Below are positions 29,776 to 39,586 of a stretch of DNA of 64,000 bases, piece after piece. Every line of letters begins with the position of its first letter. The first letter of the stretch is position 1. The DNA lies in contig JAVJQW010000011.1 of the NCBI GenBank assembly GCA_040218735.1, positions 456,426 to 520,425 of the forward strand, written 5' to 3'. This DNA comes from Deltaproteobacteria bacterium. GTDB lineage: Bacteria; Myxococcota; Kuafuiibacteriia; Kuafuiibacteriales; Kuafuiibacteriaceae. Made by a program: the position numbers and the translations under genes. The notes under the pieces were generated by a model. It saw only the letters and a program-made list of their open reading frames with translations. It ran no database searches and was not told the origin of the DNA.

Positions 29776-31050
29776 GTGCACCCCCTCGCCGCCGAAGCCG
29801 CCGCCGCCGAGGCGGCGGGCGACCTCGACCGCGCGCTCGCGCTCTACCAACGCCTGGAGACCGAAGCGCCCGACGCGCCGATGTGGAGCAAGAAGCTCGC
29901 TGGCGTTCATCGTCAGCGTAATGATCTCGACGCCCGCATCGAAGCGCTCGTCCGCGCCGCCGACAAACACAACGCGCGCGGCGAGCTGATGAAGGGCATC
30001 GCGACGCTCAAGAGCGCGCAAAACATCGCGCCCAAGCACCCCGCGCTCCTCACCGCGATGGACCGCCTCCGCCGCGCACGCCCGAGCACCCCCGCCGCAT
30101 CGCCCGCGCTCCCGCAGGTCGGCGATCAGGCGCTCGCGGTCATCCCGTTGATTCGACGCGCGCGCGCCGCGTCCGGGATCACACCGCCGATCGTCGAGGT
30201 CCAGTCGCGCGACCTCGACCCGCGCGCAGAGCCGAACGACCCGATCCCCCTCGACATCCTCCCGCCCATACCGCTGTTCTCCTCGCTCGACGGCGACACG
30301 TTCGCGCGCCTCCTCGACCGCAGCACGCAGCGCCCCGTCGCGGACGGCGCCACGATCTTCGAAAAGGGCACCCGCGGCGACGCGCTGTTCGTCGTCGTCG
30401 ACGGCGCCGTGGACGTGTTCCTCGCGCCCGACGCCCCGCCCGTCGCGCGCCTCACCGAAGGCACCTTCTTCGGCGAGATGAGCCTGTTCACCGGACGCCC
30501 GCGCAACGCCACCGTGCGTGCGTCCGGCCCCGGCGAGCTCCTGGTGATCGACCACGACGAGATCCACGCGCTGATCGGTGAGGCCCCCGAGATCCTCTCC
30601 AACCTCCTCGAGTTCTTCCGCGAGCGCCTCGCCACGAACGTGCTCATGCGCCTCGGCGGCGCCGACCTGTCCGAGGCCTCACGCCGGGAGCTGCGCGCGT
30701 GTTTCACGCTCCTCGATGTCGCCGCCGACCACGCGATCATCGAGCAGGGGCGCCCCTCGCCCGGCCTGTTCGTTGTGGTCGACGGCACGCTCTCCGTCGA
30801 CCACGTCTCCGCGTTCGGCAACCCCGCGGAGATCGCGACCCTCGAACCCGGCGCCATCTGCGGCGAGATCTCTACCATGACGGAGGTCCCCGCCACCGCG
30901 ACGGTCATCGCCAAGACCGACGCGATCGTCCTCGGCCTCCCCCGCGAAAACCTCGGCGCCGTCGCCGCACGTCACCCGGTGCTCCTCGACTACGCAAGAC
31001 AACTTGCGGCCGAGCGCCTCGAAGCGCTGAACGGCCCGCTCTGGACCTGA
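29776..31050 (+). CDS. Protein with a TPR-like region and two cyclic-nucleotide-binding domains
   Basis: IFEKGTRGDALFVVVDG...FFGEMSLFTGRPRNATV; second domain IIEQG...GEISTMTEVPATATV. Confidence 0.88.
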   Translation: MHPLAAEAAAAEAAGDLDRALALYQRLETEAPDAPMWSKKLAGVHRQRNDLDARIEALVRAADKHNARGELMKGIATLKSAQNIAPKHPALLTAMDRLRRARPSTPAASPALPQVGDQALAVIPLIRRARAASGITPPIVEVQSRDLDPRAEPNDPIPLDILPPIPLFSSLDGDTFARLLDRSTQRPVADGATIFEKGTRGDALFVVVDGAVDVFLAPDAPPVARLTEGTFFGEMSLFTGRPRNATVRASGPGELLVIDHDEIHALIGEAPEILSNLLEFFRERLATNVLMRLGGADLSEASRRELRACFTLLDVAADHAIIEQGRPSPGLFVVVDGTLSVDHVSAFGNPAEIATLEPGAICGEISTMTEVPATATVIAKTDAIVLGLPRENLGAVAARHPVLLDYARQLAAERLEALNGPLWT

Positions 31051-31052
31051 CC

Positions 31053-32756
31053 TCAGCGCGGGCAGTGCGGCACGTAGGTCACCGTGATCTCGGATCCCGG
31101 CGGCGGGATGCGACGTTCGCTGAACGTGATCCATCGCCCGTCCGGATCGTACGCGTAGCCATCGAACGCGTCGCGCGGGACGAACGCGCCATCGACGCGG
31201 ACGTCGAGCGTCAGCTCGTCGGCGTGGTGCTTCAACCCGAAGCGGCTACGCGGCCGAAACACGTCGAGGCCAAGCGACGTCAGCAACGGCGACCAGTCGT
31301 CCGCGCAGATCCCGAAGAACATGCCCCCCGTCGCGTCGACCATCTGGGAGTAGCGCAACGCTCGGTTGGCGAACGGGCACCCCATCGGGAGCGGACCGGC
31401 GATCGCGTGGAAGCGCACGCGACTTCGGTCGAAGTCCTTCGCCGCGAACATCGCGTCGAGGAGGACGTCGTCCGGCAGCAGTGACTGATCGTCCTCGTCG
31501 CTGATCGCGACGATCGCGAGGTCCGCGTGCGGACGCAGGAACCCGGCGTTCGGGTTGCTCGACGTCTGGTCGTCCGACTGCGCGCGCTCCAGCGCGATGC
31601 GCGTCGCACCGGCCGCCGTCTCCGTCGCGAACCCCATCGTCCCCACCTCGACCATGCAGGAGAACGCTTCGTTGCGCGCGTCGTTGTCCAGGTACGACGC
31701 ACCGACCACCGGCGGATGCGGCGCACACGTCCTGAAGACACCGGCCCCACTCTCGAGCTCCTGCGCCTCGATCACCGCCATCTGGTAGTCGGCCCCGAGC
31801 CCCTCGGCGTAGTCGACGAACTGACCGAGGTTCGCGACGAGCCGCGCCTGCTCCTCCTCCATCGAACCGCTGGAGTCGATCGCCCACAGGATGTCGACCG
31901 CCACCTCCGTGCCCTGGTGGAACGTCTCGACGATCGGCGACGCGTCGATCCCACGCCCCGCCAGGTTGACCTCGGAGACCCCCTCGGGGGCGTCGTGGAG
32001 CAACCTCAGCACATCCCGCTGCTCGCCGTAGGCGGTGGGCGTGTAGCGGAACGCCACCTCGGCGCGCTGGTTGCGCTCCAGAACGAAGGGCCCCCGCTGC
32101 TGAATCGTCCCGCCGACCTCGATGTACTCGACCTCGAACGGCGACGGCGGGACGACGGTGCCCACGTGCAAGAGCCCGTACCCCACGTTCTTCACGCGCA
32201 GGTACGCGAGCTCCGACGCACAGAACGATGGCGAGCCCGGACCGTCCGTCGACTCGTAGACGACGTCGCCGAACTCGAGGAGCGTCCGGTCCAACTCGAT
32301 GCGCGGAGCAACCACGTCACCGCGCATCGTCAGGCGCAAGTGAGCTTGCGCTTGGTCGTCGAACGCAAACTGCACCGAGCCCGACTCCTCGGGCCAAGTG
32401 TCGGAGCCGACGTAGACGACCGTGAGCGTGTACGTGTCGCGCGCGCGCAGCGTCGTCGGTGGCGACGCGTAGCCCTCCATCGAGAAACCGCCGCTGTCGC
32501 TGTCGAGCGTCATCGACGTGAGCTGCACGTCCCAGTCGCAGTGGCTCCGAATGATCGCCTCGCGTTCGTGTCGCTCGCCCGCCTGCTGATTCACGAACCG
32601 AAGGAAGTCCTCGTCGAGCTCGATGCACGCGTACCGCGCGGACTCACCGATCCCCGGCAACGCCGGCCCGCCGTCGCGACCCTCGAGGTCCACCGAGCCG
32701 GCGACACACCCGGTCGCGAGCGCGCAGACCGGAAGGAAGCTCCACGCGACGTGCAT
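31053..32756 (-). CDS. Lipoprotein with two ASH/Ig-like domains and a vWA domain
   Basis: Lipobox ATGC; LEFGDV...VKNVG; MIDAS DILWAIDSSGSM; ISDEDDQS. Confidence 0.82.
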   Translation of the reverse strand: MHVAWSFLPVCALATGCVAGSVDLEGRDGGPALPGIGESARYACIELDEDFLRFVNQQAGERHEREAIIRSHCDWDVQLTSMTLDSDSGGFSMEGYASPPTTLRARDTYTLTVVYVGSDTWPEESGSVQFAFDDQAQAHLRLTMRGDVVAPRIELDRTLLEFGDVVYESTDGPGSPSFCASELAYLRVKNVGYGLLHVGTVVPPSPFEVEYIEVGGTIQQRGPFVLERNQRAEVAFRYTPTAYGEQRDVLRLLHDAPEGVSEVNLAGRGIDASPIVETFHQGTEVAVDILWAIDSSGSMEEEQARLVANLGQFVDYAEGLGADYQMAVIEAQELESGAGVFRTCAPHPPVVGASYLDNDARNEAFSCMVEVGTMGFATETAAGATRIALERAQSDDQTSSNPNAGFLRPHADLAIVAISDEDDQSLLPDDVLLDAMFAAKDFDRSRVRFHAIAGPLPMGCPFANRALRYSQMVDATGGMFFGICADDWSPLLTSLGLDVFRPRSRFGLKHHADELTLDVRVDGAFVPRDAFDGYAYDPDGRWITFSERRIPPPGSEITVTYVPHCPR

Positions 32757-32830
32757 TCCACCATTGTGTACCGAGATGGAGCCGCGGTTGGAGCGCAAGA
32801 CCGCGCGCACACGGTAGAACTACATCCCCC

Positions 32831-35116
32831 TCAGAGCGCACACCCAGGCATGTACGTCACCACGATCTGCGATCCGGGCGGAGGCACCGCGTTCGGCGCG
32901 AACACGACGAGCCGTCGCGACGGCACGTAGATCCACCCGTCCGCGGGGTCGTTCGCGACCGGGACCCCGTCGACCGTGACGACCAGCGTCGACTCCACGG
33001 CGGGCCGCGACAGGTACCACTGATCCTCGGGCGTGAAGACGTCGAGCCCGAGGTTCTGGAGCAGCGGCTGCCAGTCGTCCTCGCAGATGCTGTAGAACTG
33101 CCCGTTCGTCTGGCGCGCGAGCGTCGAGTAACGATGCCCGGCCGACGCCGTCGCGCACCCGGTCGGCAACGGGCCCGCGATTGCGTGGACCGACACACGA
33201 TTCCGTTGCCCGTTCTTCACGCCGTAGAAGAAGTCACGCAGCACGATGTCCGGGCTCGACGACTGGTCGTCCTCGTCGCTGATCGCCACGATGACCAGCT
33301 CCGCGTCCTCGCGTACGAACCCCGCGTTCGGGTTCGTCAGCGGATTCTGATCGGGGTCCGTCGCCCGCCGCAACGCCTCGCGCGCGCCCCCGAGACCGGA
33401 CTCCAACCCCACACCGTTGACGCCGAGCGCGAACATACACGCGAAGACCTGATCGCGAACGGCGCTCGTCATGTAGTTGGAGTCGATGATCGGGGGGTGC
33501 CCGTCGCACTGCTCGAACGTCCCCGCGAGCGAGGAGACCTCTTCAGCCTCCGTGACCGCCATCTGGTAGTCCACGCCGTTCGCGTCCGCGTACGCGACGA
33601 ACTGCGACAGGTTCGCGATCAGCTCCTCCTGCTCCTCGCCCATCGAACAGCTCGCATCGATCGCCCACAGGATGTCGACGGCGAGCGTGGCCGGCTGGTT
33701 GAACACCTCGGTGATCTGCGACCGCGGCTCGCCCTGTCCGATCAGCGCGGTGATCTGCGTCCGCTCTTCACCGTCGTGTCGGATCCGAAGCTGCCCTCGA
33801 TGCTCCGCCGCCGCGGTCGGGCGATACCGCAACACGAACCGCGCCACCGCATCGACGGGGATCTCGATCGGGAGATTCAGCTCCGTCTCGATCGTCCCAC
33901 CGACGTCCACGTACGCGAGCTCGAACTCACCCGCGCTGTCGAGCTCGACCTCCCGCACCGGCAACGGCGTACGCCCGGTGTTGATCACCAGAGCCTCCAT
34001 CTCCTCCGACGCACACGTCGAAGGGGAGCCCGGCCCCGCCGTCGGCTCGTAGATGACCGGCTCGAACCGGAGGATGAACGGGTGCAACGTCCCGCGCGGC
34101 CGCACGACGAACCCCTCCAGCGCGACCGGTAGGATCGCGTCGTAGTAGTCGTCGGTCTGGATGTTGAGCAGCCCCTGCGCGAAGAAGCTGGGGCCCGGCA
34201 CCGGCGAGAACCTCGCGTCCACCCGCGCGCGCGAGCTCGGCGCAATGACGATCGGGAGGTCCCGTTCGTCGACCGTGAAGCCGCCGTCGGCGCTGATGAT
34301 CGACAGGTCCGTGATCGACACGATGTGGTCGCACTCGCTGACCACGTTCACGAACGACGACGCCGTGTCCCCGGGGAGGATGGTGTTGAAACGAATCACC
34401 TCGCGGTCGACCGACAGACAGCGCGATCGCTCCTGCCCCGCGAGCGTCGCGGTCGCCCGGGCACCGCCCTCCGCGCGCGCCGTGAGCTGACGAACGGGGC
34501 GCCCGCGGAACGCCGAGCCGGTGTGGCGGACGTCGACCGGGCGCGTCGCACCGGCTTCGAGGGTCAACGGGAGCTCGGGCGGGTTGGTGATCTCGAAGAA
34601 CGTCTCGTCCGTCGACAGCTCCAGGAGTCTGCAGTCGGAGGTGCTCGTGTTCTCCAACCTCAGCGTCACCACTTCGTCGATCGCGAAGCTGGCGCTCGAC
34701 GGCGCGAACAACAGCGCGCACGGCGCGCGGACGTCCGCGCGGATCCGGAGGCGGGCCTCTGGACGCTCCGGGTCGTTGCTCTCGAGGACGAGGGCGTCGT
34801 CGATGACACCCGGCACGGCGGGCGCGAGGCGAAGCTCGAGGCTCGCGCTGCTGTCGGGGGTGATCTGCGTCGGCGCGCCGATGACGCTGAGTTGACCGGA
34901 CTCGACGAAGACCCGTGAGAAGACCAGCGCCGCGTTGCCCTCGTTCTTCACGAGGACACGGAAGCCGTCGACCGGGTCGCCGATCGTCACCGCGCCGAAG
35001 TCGACGACGGTGTCCGTCTCCGGCACGAGCACCAGCTTCGGCGCCTGCCGGGCGACCTGGTCCCCCTCACACGCCAACGCGCCGACGGCGACGAGGAGCA
35101 CGAGCCACGACCGCAT
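32831..35116 (-). CDS. Lipoprotein with four ASH/Ig-like domains and a vWA domain; tandem paralogue of 31053..32756
   Basis: Lipobox ALAC; VDFGAV...VKNEG...SNDPERP; MIDAS DILWAIDASCSM; ISDEDDQS. Confidence 0.85.
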   Translation of the reverse strand: MRSWLVLLVAVGALACEGDQVARQAPKLVLVPETDTVVDFGAVTIGDPVDGFRVLVKNEGNAALVFSRVFVESGQLSVIGAPTQITPDSSASLELRLAPAVPGVIDDALVLESNDPERPEARLRIRADVRAPCALLFAPSSASFAIDEVVTLRLENTSTSDCRLLELSTDETFFEITNPPELPLTLEAGATRPVDVRHTGSAFRGRPVRQLTARAEGGARATATLAGQERSRCLSVDREVIRFNTILPGDTASSFVNVVSECDHIVSITDLSIISADGGFTVDERDLPIVIAPSSRARVDARFSPVPGPSFFAQGLLNIQTDDYYDAILPVALEGFVVRPRGTLHPFILRFEPVIYEPTAGPGSPSTCASEEMEALVINTGRTPLPVREVELDSAGEFELAYVDVGGTIETELNLPIEIPVDAVARFVLRYRPTAAAEHRGQLRIRHDGEERTQITALIGQGEPRSQITEVFNQPATLAVDILWAIDASCSMGEEQEELIANLSQFVAYADANGVDYQMAVTEAEEVSSLAGTFEQCDGHPPIIDSNYMTSAVRDQVFACMFALGVNGVGLESGLGGAREALRRATDPDQNPLTNPNAGFVREDAELVIVAISDEDDQSSSPDIVLRDFFYGVKNGQRNRVSVHAIAGPLPTGCATASAGHRYSTLARQTNGQFYSICEDDWQPLLQNLGLDVFTPEDQWYLSRPAVESTLVVTVDGVPVANDPADGWIYVPSRRLVVFAPNAVPPPGSQIVVTYMPGCAL

Positions 35117-35164
35117 ACCCGCATTCTTACTCGAAACGCGGGCGTTTGGGTCCGTCCAGGTGAC

Positions 35165-35986
35165 CTACAGCTGAATCTCGTAGAGGACGTCCGTCTCGGC
35201 GTCGACGACCAACGCGTGGTCGCCGTCGACCGCGAGGCCGCCGATCGCGCCGATACCGTGCCCGGAGAGGTCCGTTACGCGGTCGAACCGCTCGGTCTCG
35301 AGGTCCAGGCGGTACAGGCGGTCCCCCTCACCGAGGAGCATTCGGCCCGCACCGTCGATCGCGATGCCTCCGGCCGAGAACGCCGGGTCGTCGAGGTCGA
35401 TCCAGCCGTAGCCCTCGCCGCCCTCGATGTCGAACTGACCGACCTGCGAGATCTCCGGGGCTGCATCCGCGGAGTTCTGGAAGGTCTGCGGCTGCGCGAA
35501 CAGCTTGTTGCGCTGGGCGTCGTAGGTGACCGAGCGGGTGAGCTGCACGATCGGGGTGGGCGCGAACTCGTCCTCGATGAAGCCGGGCACGTAGCAGAAG
35601 TACCGGCTGAAGGTGTCCGTGTTGGTGTCGTAGAGGAAGCCGTCGTTCAGCGCCGTCAGCGCGAACTTGCCGCCGCCGAGCGCGGCGACGTCCGTGATGT
35701 CCGACTGGGGCCAGGCGTCGTCGGCGATGAGGTCGGAGGTCCTGAAGACCAGCTCGGCGCCGTCCGCGTCGAGGCGGTACAGGCCGGCGAGCGCGTCGAA
35801 GACGTAGCGCTTGCCGTCGATCGGGTCGACCGTGACGCCGACCACATCGACGTCGCTCCCGCCGAGCTCCGCCCTCAGGGCCGTCTTCGCGACGACGCGG
35901 TTGTCGTCGTCGGGGTCGAGGTCGCGGACGGTGCCGCCACACGCGACGAGGAGAGAGGGGACGAGCAGGAGGCCGAAGCGGTTCAT
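35165..35986 (-). CDS. Hypothetical lipoprotein, probable beta-propeller
   Basis: Lipobox LVAC; repeats GVTVDP, SVTYDA, GIAIDG, GLAVDG. Confidence 0.8.
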   Translation of the reverse strand: MNRFGLLLVPSLLVACGGTVRDLDPDDDNRVVAKTALRAELGGSDVDVVGVTVDPIDGKRYVFDALAGLYRLDADGAELVFRTSDLIADDAWPQSDITDVAALGGGKFALTALNDGFLYDTNTDTFSRYFCYVPGFIEDEFAPTPIVQLTRSVTYDAQRNKLFAQPQTFQNSADAAPEISQVGQFDIEGGEGYGWIDLDDPAFSAGGIAIDGAGRMLLGEGDRLYRLDLETERFDRVTDLSGHGIGAIGGLAVDGDHALVVDAETDVLYEIQL

Positions 35987-35999
35987 GCCTCGCCAGCTT

Positions 36000-36016
36000 T
36001 ACAAGCGCCGTGCCGA
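36000..36016 (-). promoter_or_regulatory. Probable sigma54 promoter
   Basis: Minus strand TCGGCAC-GGCGC-TTGTA, close to the TGGCAC-N5-TTGC consensus, ending 13 nt before ATG 35986. Confidence 0.45.
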
Positions 36017-36137
36017 CCCGCCGCGCCACCTTGGAGGCGCGGCGCACCTCAGATGTCTGACGTTCGAGAACCGACGGTCGACTTGTTTTCTTGGTCGCCG
36101 CCGCGCGCTTCGGGTATCAGCCGCACGAGCACCGTCC

Positions 36138-37838
36138 ATGACGAAGCTTCGCCGGTACCTCGCGCCCGCCGCGTTCGTCGCGCTCCTGCTCGTGCTCCAC
36201 GTGCGCGCGCTGCTCGCCCACATGGAGAAGGCCTCCGACCCGTACTTCTTCAACGACGACGCCCGCATCCAGATCTTCCCGTTCTTCCGCTACTCGGAGC
36301 CGGCGGCCTTCGCGAACGACTACCTCGGCGACTACGCGCTCGCGCTCCTCCCGACCGGCTACCGGGCGCTGTACTGGCTCGGGGCGCACACCGTCGACGC
36401 GTTCACGTTGTCGAAGATCCTCCCCTACCCGATGTTTCTGTTCACGGTCGTGCTGGTCACGCTCGTGGCCTACCGCATCGGTCGCTACCCGGCCGCGTTC
36501 GTCGCCGCGACGATCGTGCTCGGCTCGAACCTCTACATCGAGCGCATCACCGGCGGCCTGCCTCGCTCCTTCGGCTACCCGCTCGCCGCCGCCGCGCTGT
36601 TCGCGCTGGCGTGGGGTCGGTGGCGCTGGCTCGCCGCGACCACGGTGATCGGCGCCGCGTTCTACCCGACGCTCGGGCTGTTCTCCGGATTGCTGCTCAC
36701 GCTGTGGATGTTGGTCGCGCCCGCCGAGGATCGCGGCGACGCCAAGGACCTCACGCTGAAGCAACGCTTCGTCGTGCTCGCGTCGACGGCCGCGGTGTCG
36801 GCCGTGCTCCTCATCCCCCCCTCGCTGGGCTCCGCGGAGTTCGGCCCGCGCATCACGGGACGCCACTTCAAGATCTACCCCGAGGCCGGCCCGGGTGGGC
36901 TTTCGAGCGCCGAGGATCGTCCGCCCTTCTCCGCGGTGTTGCCGTCCGTCTCCAGCTTCATGGAGCGCGCGGTCGTCGGGTCCGGCGCTGCGTGGTGGCC
37001 GTGGCTCTCCGACAAGCTCACCGGGCTGAAGATGATCGTCGTCGACACGTTCCTCCTCGTGGGGTTCTTCGGCGCGTTCGTCCTCGCGCGCCGGCGCGAC
37101 GACGTGCGGCGGCTCGCCCTCTTCCCGATCGCCGGAATCATCGGCCACCTCTTCGCGCGTGGCTTCGCCCCGTACTTGTACGGGCCGAACCGCTTCGTGC
37201 TCTACACCGTGCCGCTCCTGTTCGCCGTGGTGTGTGGCATCGGACTCGTCGGGTTCGTGGAGCGATTCCTCCCCCGCCTCGACGACCTGCGAAAGGCGGC
37301 CGCCGCCGGCGGGCTGGCGCTGTTGTTCATGCTGATGATCGGCGGTCACGGGCACAAGAGCGCAGGCCTGTCCTTCGGGCTCGGACCGGCGCAGCAAAAG
37401 CTCGCCAACGCCGTCGCCGAGCTGCCGGAGGATGCGCTCGTCGGCGGGTGGCCCGATGACCCGATGAGCAACGTCCCGCTCGTGTCGCGGCGGCGCGCGC
37501 TGATCACCGGCGAGATGCACATCGCCTTCCACGTCGCGTACCTCGAACAGATGCGTGTCCGCATGCGCGCGCTGATCGCCGCGTACTACGCGCGCTCCGC
37601 GGAACCGATCGAGAAGCTCCGCGACGAGCTGGGCGTCACGCACCTCATCGTGAACAAGGGCCACCTCACCGGGCCCGCCCCCGGCTACGCGACGCCGTAC
37701 GGCGGCTGGATCCAGGCCGCGGTCGCCCGCGACAAAGGCAAACCTTACTACCTGCTCACGCACCTCGGTGCGCTGGCCGTGTACCAAGATCCGCAGTTCG
37801 CGATCCTCGACCTCTCCCGCATCCCCGCGACGCCATGA
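36138..37838 (+). CDS. Polytopic membrane protein, possibly a GT-C-fold glycosyltransferase
   Basis: About 10-11 TM segments; NDD in the first loop; GLPRSFGYPL; C-terminal soluble domain with LGVTHLIV. Confidence 0.6.
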   Translation: MTKLRRYLAPAAFVALLLVLHVRALLAHMEKASDPYFFNDDARIQIFPFFRYSEPAAFANDYLGDYALALLPTGYRALYWLGAHTVDAFTLSKILPYPMFLFTVVLVTLVAYRIGRYPAAFVAATIVLGSNLYIERITGGLPRSFGYPLAAAALFALAWGRWRWLAATTVIGAAFYPTLGLFSGLLLTLWMLVAPAEDRGDAKDLTLKQRFVVLASTAAVSAVLLIPPSLGSAEFGPRITGRHFKIYPEAGPGGLSSAEDRPPFSAVLPSVSSFMERAVVGSGAAWWPWLSDKLTGLKMIVVDTFLLVGFFGAFVLARRRDDVRRLALFPIAGIIGHLFARGFAPYLYGPNRFVLYTVPLLFAVVCGIGLVGFVERFLPRLDDLRKAAAAGGLALLFMLMIGGHGHKSAGLSFGLGPAQQKLANAVAELPEDALVGGWPDDPMSNVPLVSRRRALITGEMHIAFHVAYLEQMRVRMRALIAAYYARSAEPIEKLRDELGVTHLIVNKGHLTGPAPGYATPYGGWIQAAVARDKGKPYYLLTHLGALAVYQDPQFAILDLSRIPATP

Positions 37839-39586
37839 GGACCACCGGCCTCGGGTGCATGCGACTGTCGAACGTCGACCGCGCGCAGGCGATCGAAACG
37901 ATTCACGCCGCGCTCGACGCCGGCGTTCGGTGGCTCGACACCGCCGACGTCTACGGCCCCACCGCGCGCGACGTCGGCCACAACGAACGACGCGTTCGCG
38001 AAGCGCTCGACACCTACGGCGGCGACACCTCCAACGTCATCGTCTCGACCAAGGGCGGACTCACGCGCACCGGCGCCCGCTGGATCCCGAACGGCCAGAA
38101 GAAACACCTGGAGGCCGCGTGCGCGCGGAGCCTCGCGACCCTCGGGCACATCGACGTCTACTTCCTCCACGTCGTCGATCCCAAGACCCCGCTCGCGACG
38201 AGCGTCCGCGCGCTCGAGCGACTCCGCCGCGACGGCCACGTGAAGGCGCTGGGCCTCAGTAACGTGACGGTCGAGCAGCTGGAGGCGGCGCTCGAGATCG
38301 CGCCGATCACCTACGTGCAGATGGAGCTGGGCGTCACGTCGCCCCAAGGTTTCGAGTCCGGAGTCCCCGAGACCTGCCGCCGCCTCGGCGTACACCTCGT
38401 CGCGTCGCGTCCTTTCGGGGAAGTGAAGGGCCTGAAGAAGATCCGACGCCACGAAGTGCTCCGCACGATCGCCGATCGGCATGACGTCACCCCGGAGGCC
38501 ATCGCGCTGTCGTGGCTCTACGCGCTCGACGACGACCTGGTCGCGCTCCCCGGCGCGACCCGCCCCGAGACCGGCGCGGCGGCGGCGCGGATCGTCGCGC
38601 TCGAAGACGATGATCGTGACGCCCTCGACGACGCCTTCCCCACCGGCGTGCAGCTGTCGACGCCACGCGCCGAGCGGCGCCCTCAGGACACCGACGGCGA
38701 CGTCGTAATCGTGATGGGCATGCCGGGCGCGGGCAAGACGACGCGCGCCGAAGCGTACGCAAACGACGGCTACGTTCGCATCAACCGCGACGAACGCGGC
38801 GGCACCCTCGCCAAGCTCATCCCGGAGCTGGAGCGTCACCTCGCCGCGGGTGACCGACGCATCGTCCTCGACAACACCTACGCCACCCGCGCGACCCGGA
38901 ACCGCGTCATCGAGGCCTCGTGGCGCCACGGCGCTCCGGCGCGCTGCGACTGGGTCGCGACCTCACTGGAGGACGCGCAGATCAACGCCATCCAGCGGAT
39001 GATTCAGCGACACGGGCGCCTCCTCGACGACGCGGAGGTCCGTGCGCTGAAGAAGTCCGAGCCGAACACGTTCCTCCCGCGGGTGCAGTATCGCTACCGC
39101 GAGCAGCTCGAGGCGCCGCGCGAGGACGAAGGTTTCGCGAAGGTCGAGGTCGTCCCGTTCGAACGTGCGCCGTACGGCGAGGGCCGCGCGGTCTTCGTCG
39201 ACGCCGACGCGTTCCTGTGGGGCGACGGGGGTGTCGCCATCGACGACGCGGTCGCGGACGCGCTCACGGCCTGGCACCGCGCGGGGTTCGCGGTGTTCGG
39301 TTTGGCGTGGCTCCCGCAGCTCGCGGCGACGCCCGATCGCGTCGACGCGTGGGAGCGACAGGTCCGCGAACGGCTCGGCTTCGAGCTCCGCGCTCGCTGG
39401 TGTCCGCACCCGGCGGGCCCCGTCGCGTGCTGGTGCCGTCCCCCGCTCCCGGGGCTGGTGATCGCACACGCGTTGGAGGCCGGCGTCGACCTCGGTCGGT
39501 CACGGCTGCTCGCGACCTCGGCCGCCTACACGACGCTCGCCGCCCGCGTCGGCCTGACGCGGGTCGACGTCGACGACCGCCCCTGA
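37835..39586 (+). CDS. Fusion of aldo/keto reductase, P-loop kinase (AAA_33/PNK-like) and degenerate HAD domains
   Basis: GLGCM, DTADVYG, TKGG, YFLH, LGLSN; GMPGAGKTT, RINRD, LDNT; VFVDAD, CPHPAGPVACWCRPP. Confidence 0.85.
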   Translation: MRTTGLGCMRLSNVDRAQAIETIHAALDAGVRWLDTADVYGPTARDVGHNERRVREALDTYGGDTSNVIVSTKGGLTRTGARWIPNGQKKHLEAACARSLATLGHIDVYFLHVVDPKTPLATSVRALERLRRDGHVKALGLSNVTVEQLEAALEIAPITYVQMELGVTSPQGFESGVPETCRRLGVHLVASRPFGEVKGLKKIRRHEVLRTIADRHDVTPEAIALSWLYALDDDLVALPGATRPETGAAAARIVALEDDDRDALDDAFPTGVQLSTPRAERRPQDTDGDVVIVMGMPGAGKTTRAEAYANDGYVRINRDERGGTLAKLIPELERHLAAGDRRIVLDNTYATRATRNRVIEASWRHGAPARCDWVATSLEDAQINAIQRMIQRHGRLLDDAEVRALKKSEPNTFLPRVQYRYREQLEAPREDEGFAKVEVVPFERAPYGEGRAVFVDADAFLWGDGGVAIDDAVADALTAWHRAGFAVFGLAWLPQLAATPDRVDAWERQVRERLGFELRARWCPHPAGPVACWCRPPLPGLVIAHALEAGVDLGRSRLLATSAAYTTLAARVGLTRVDVDDRP

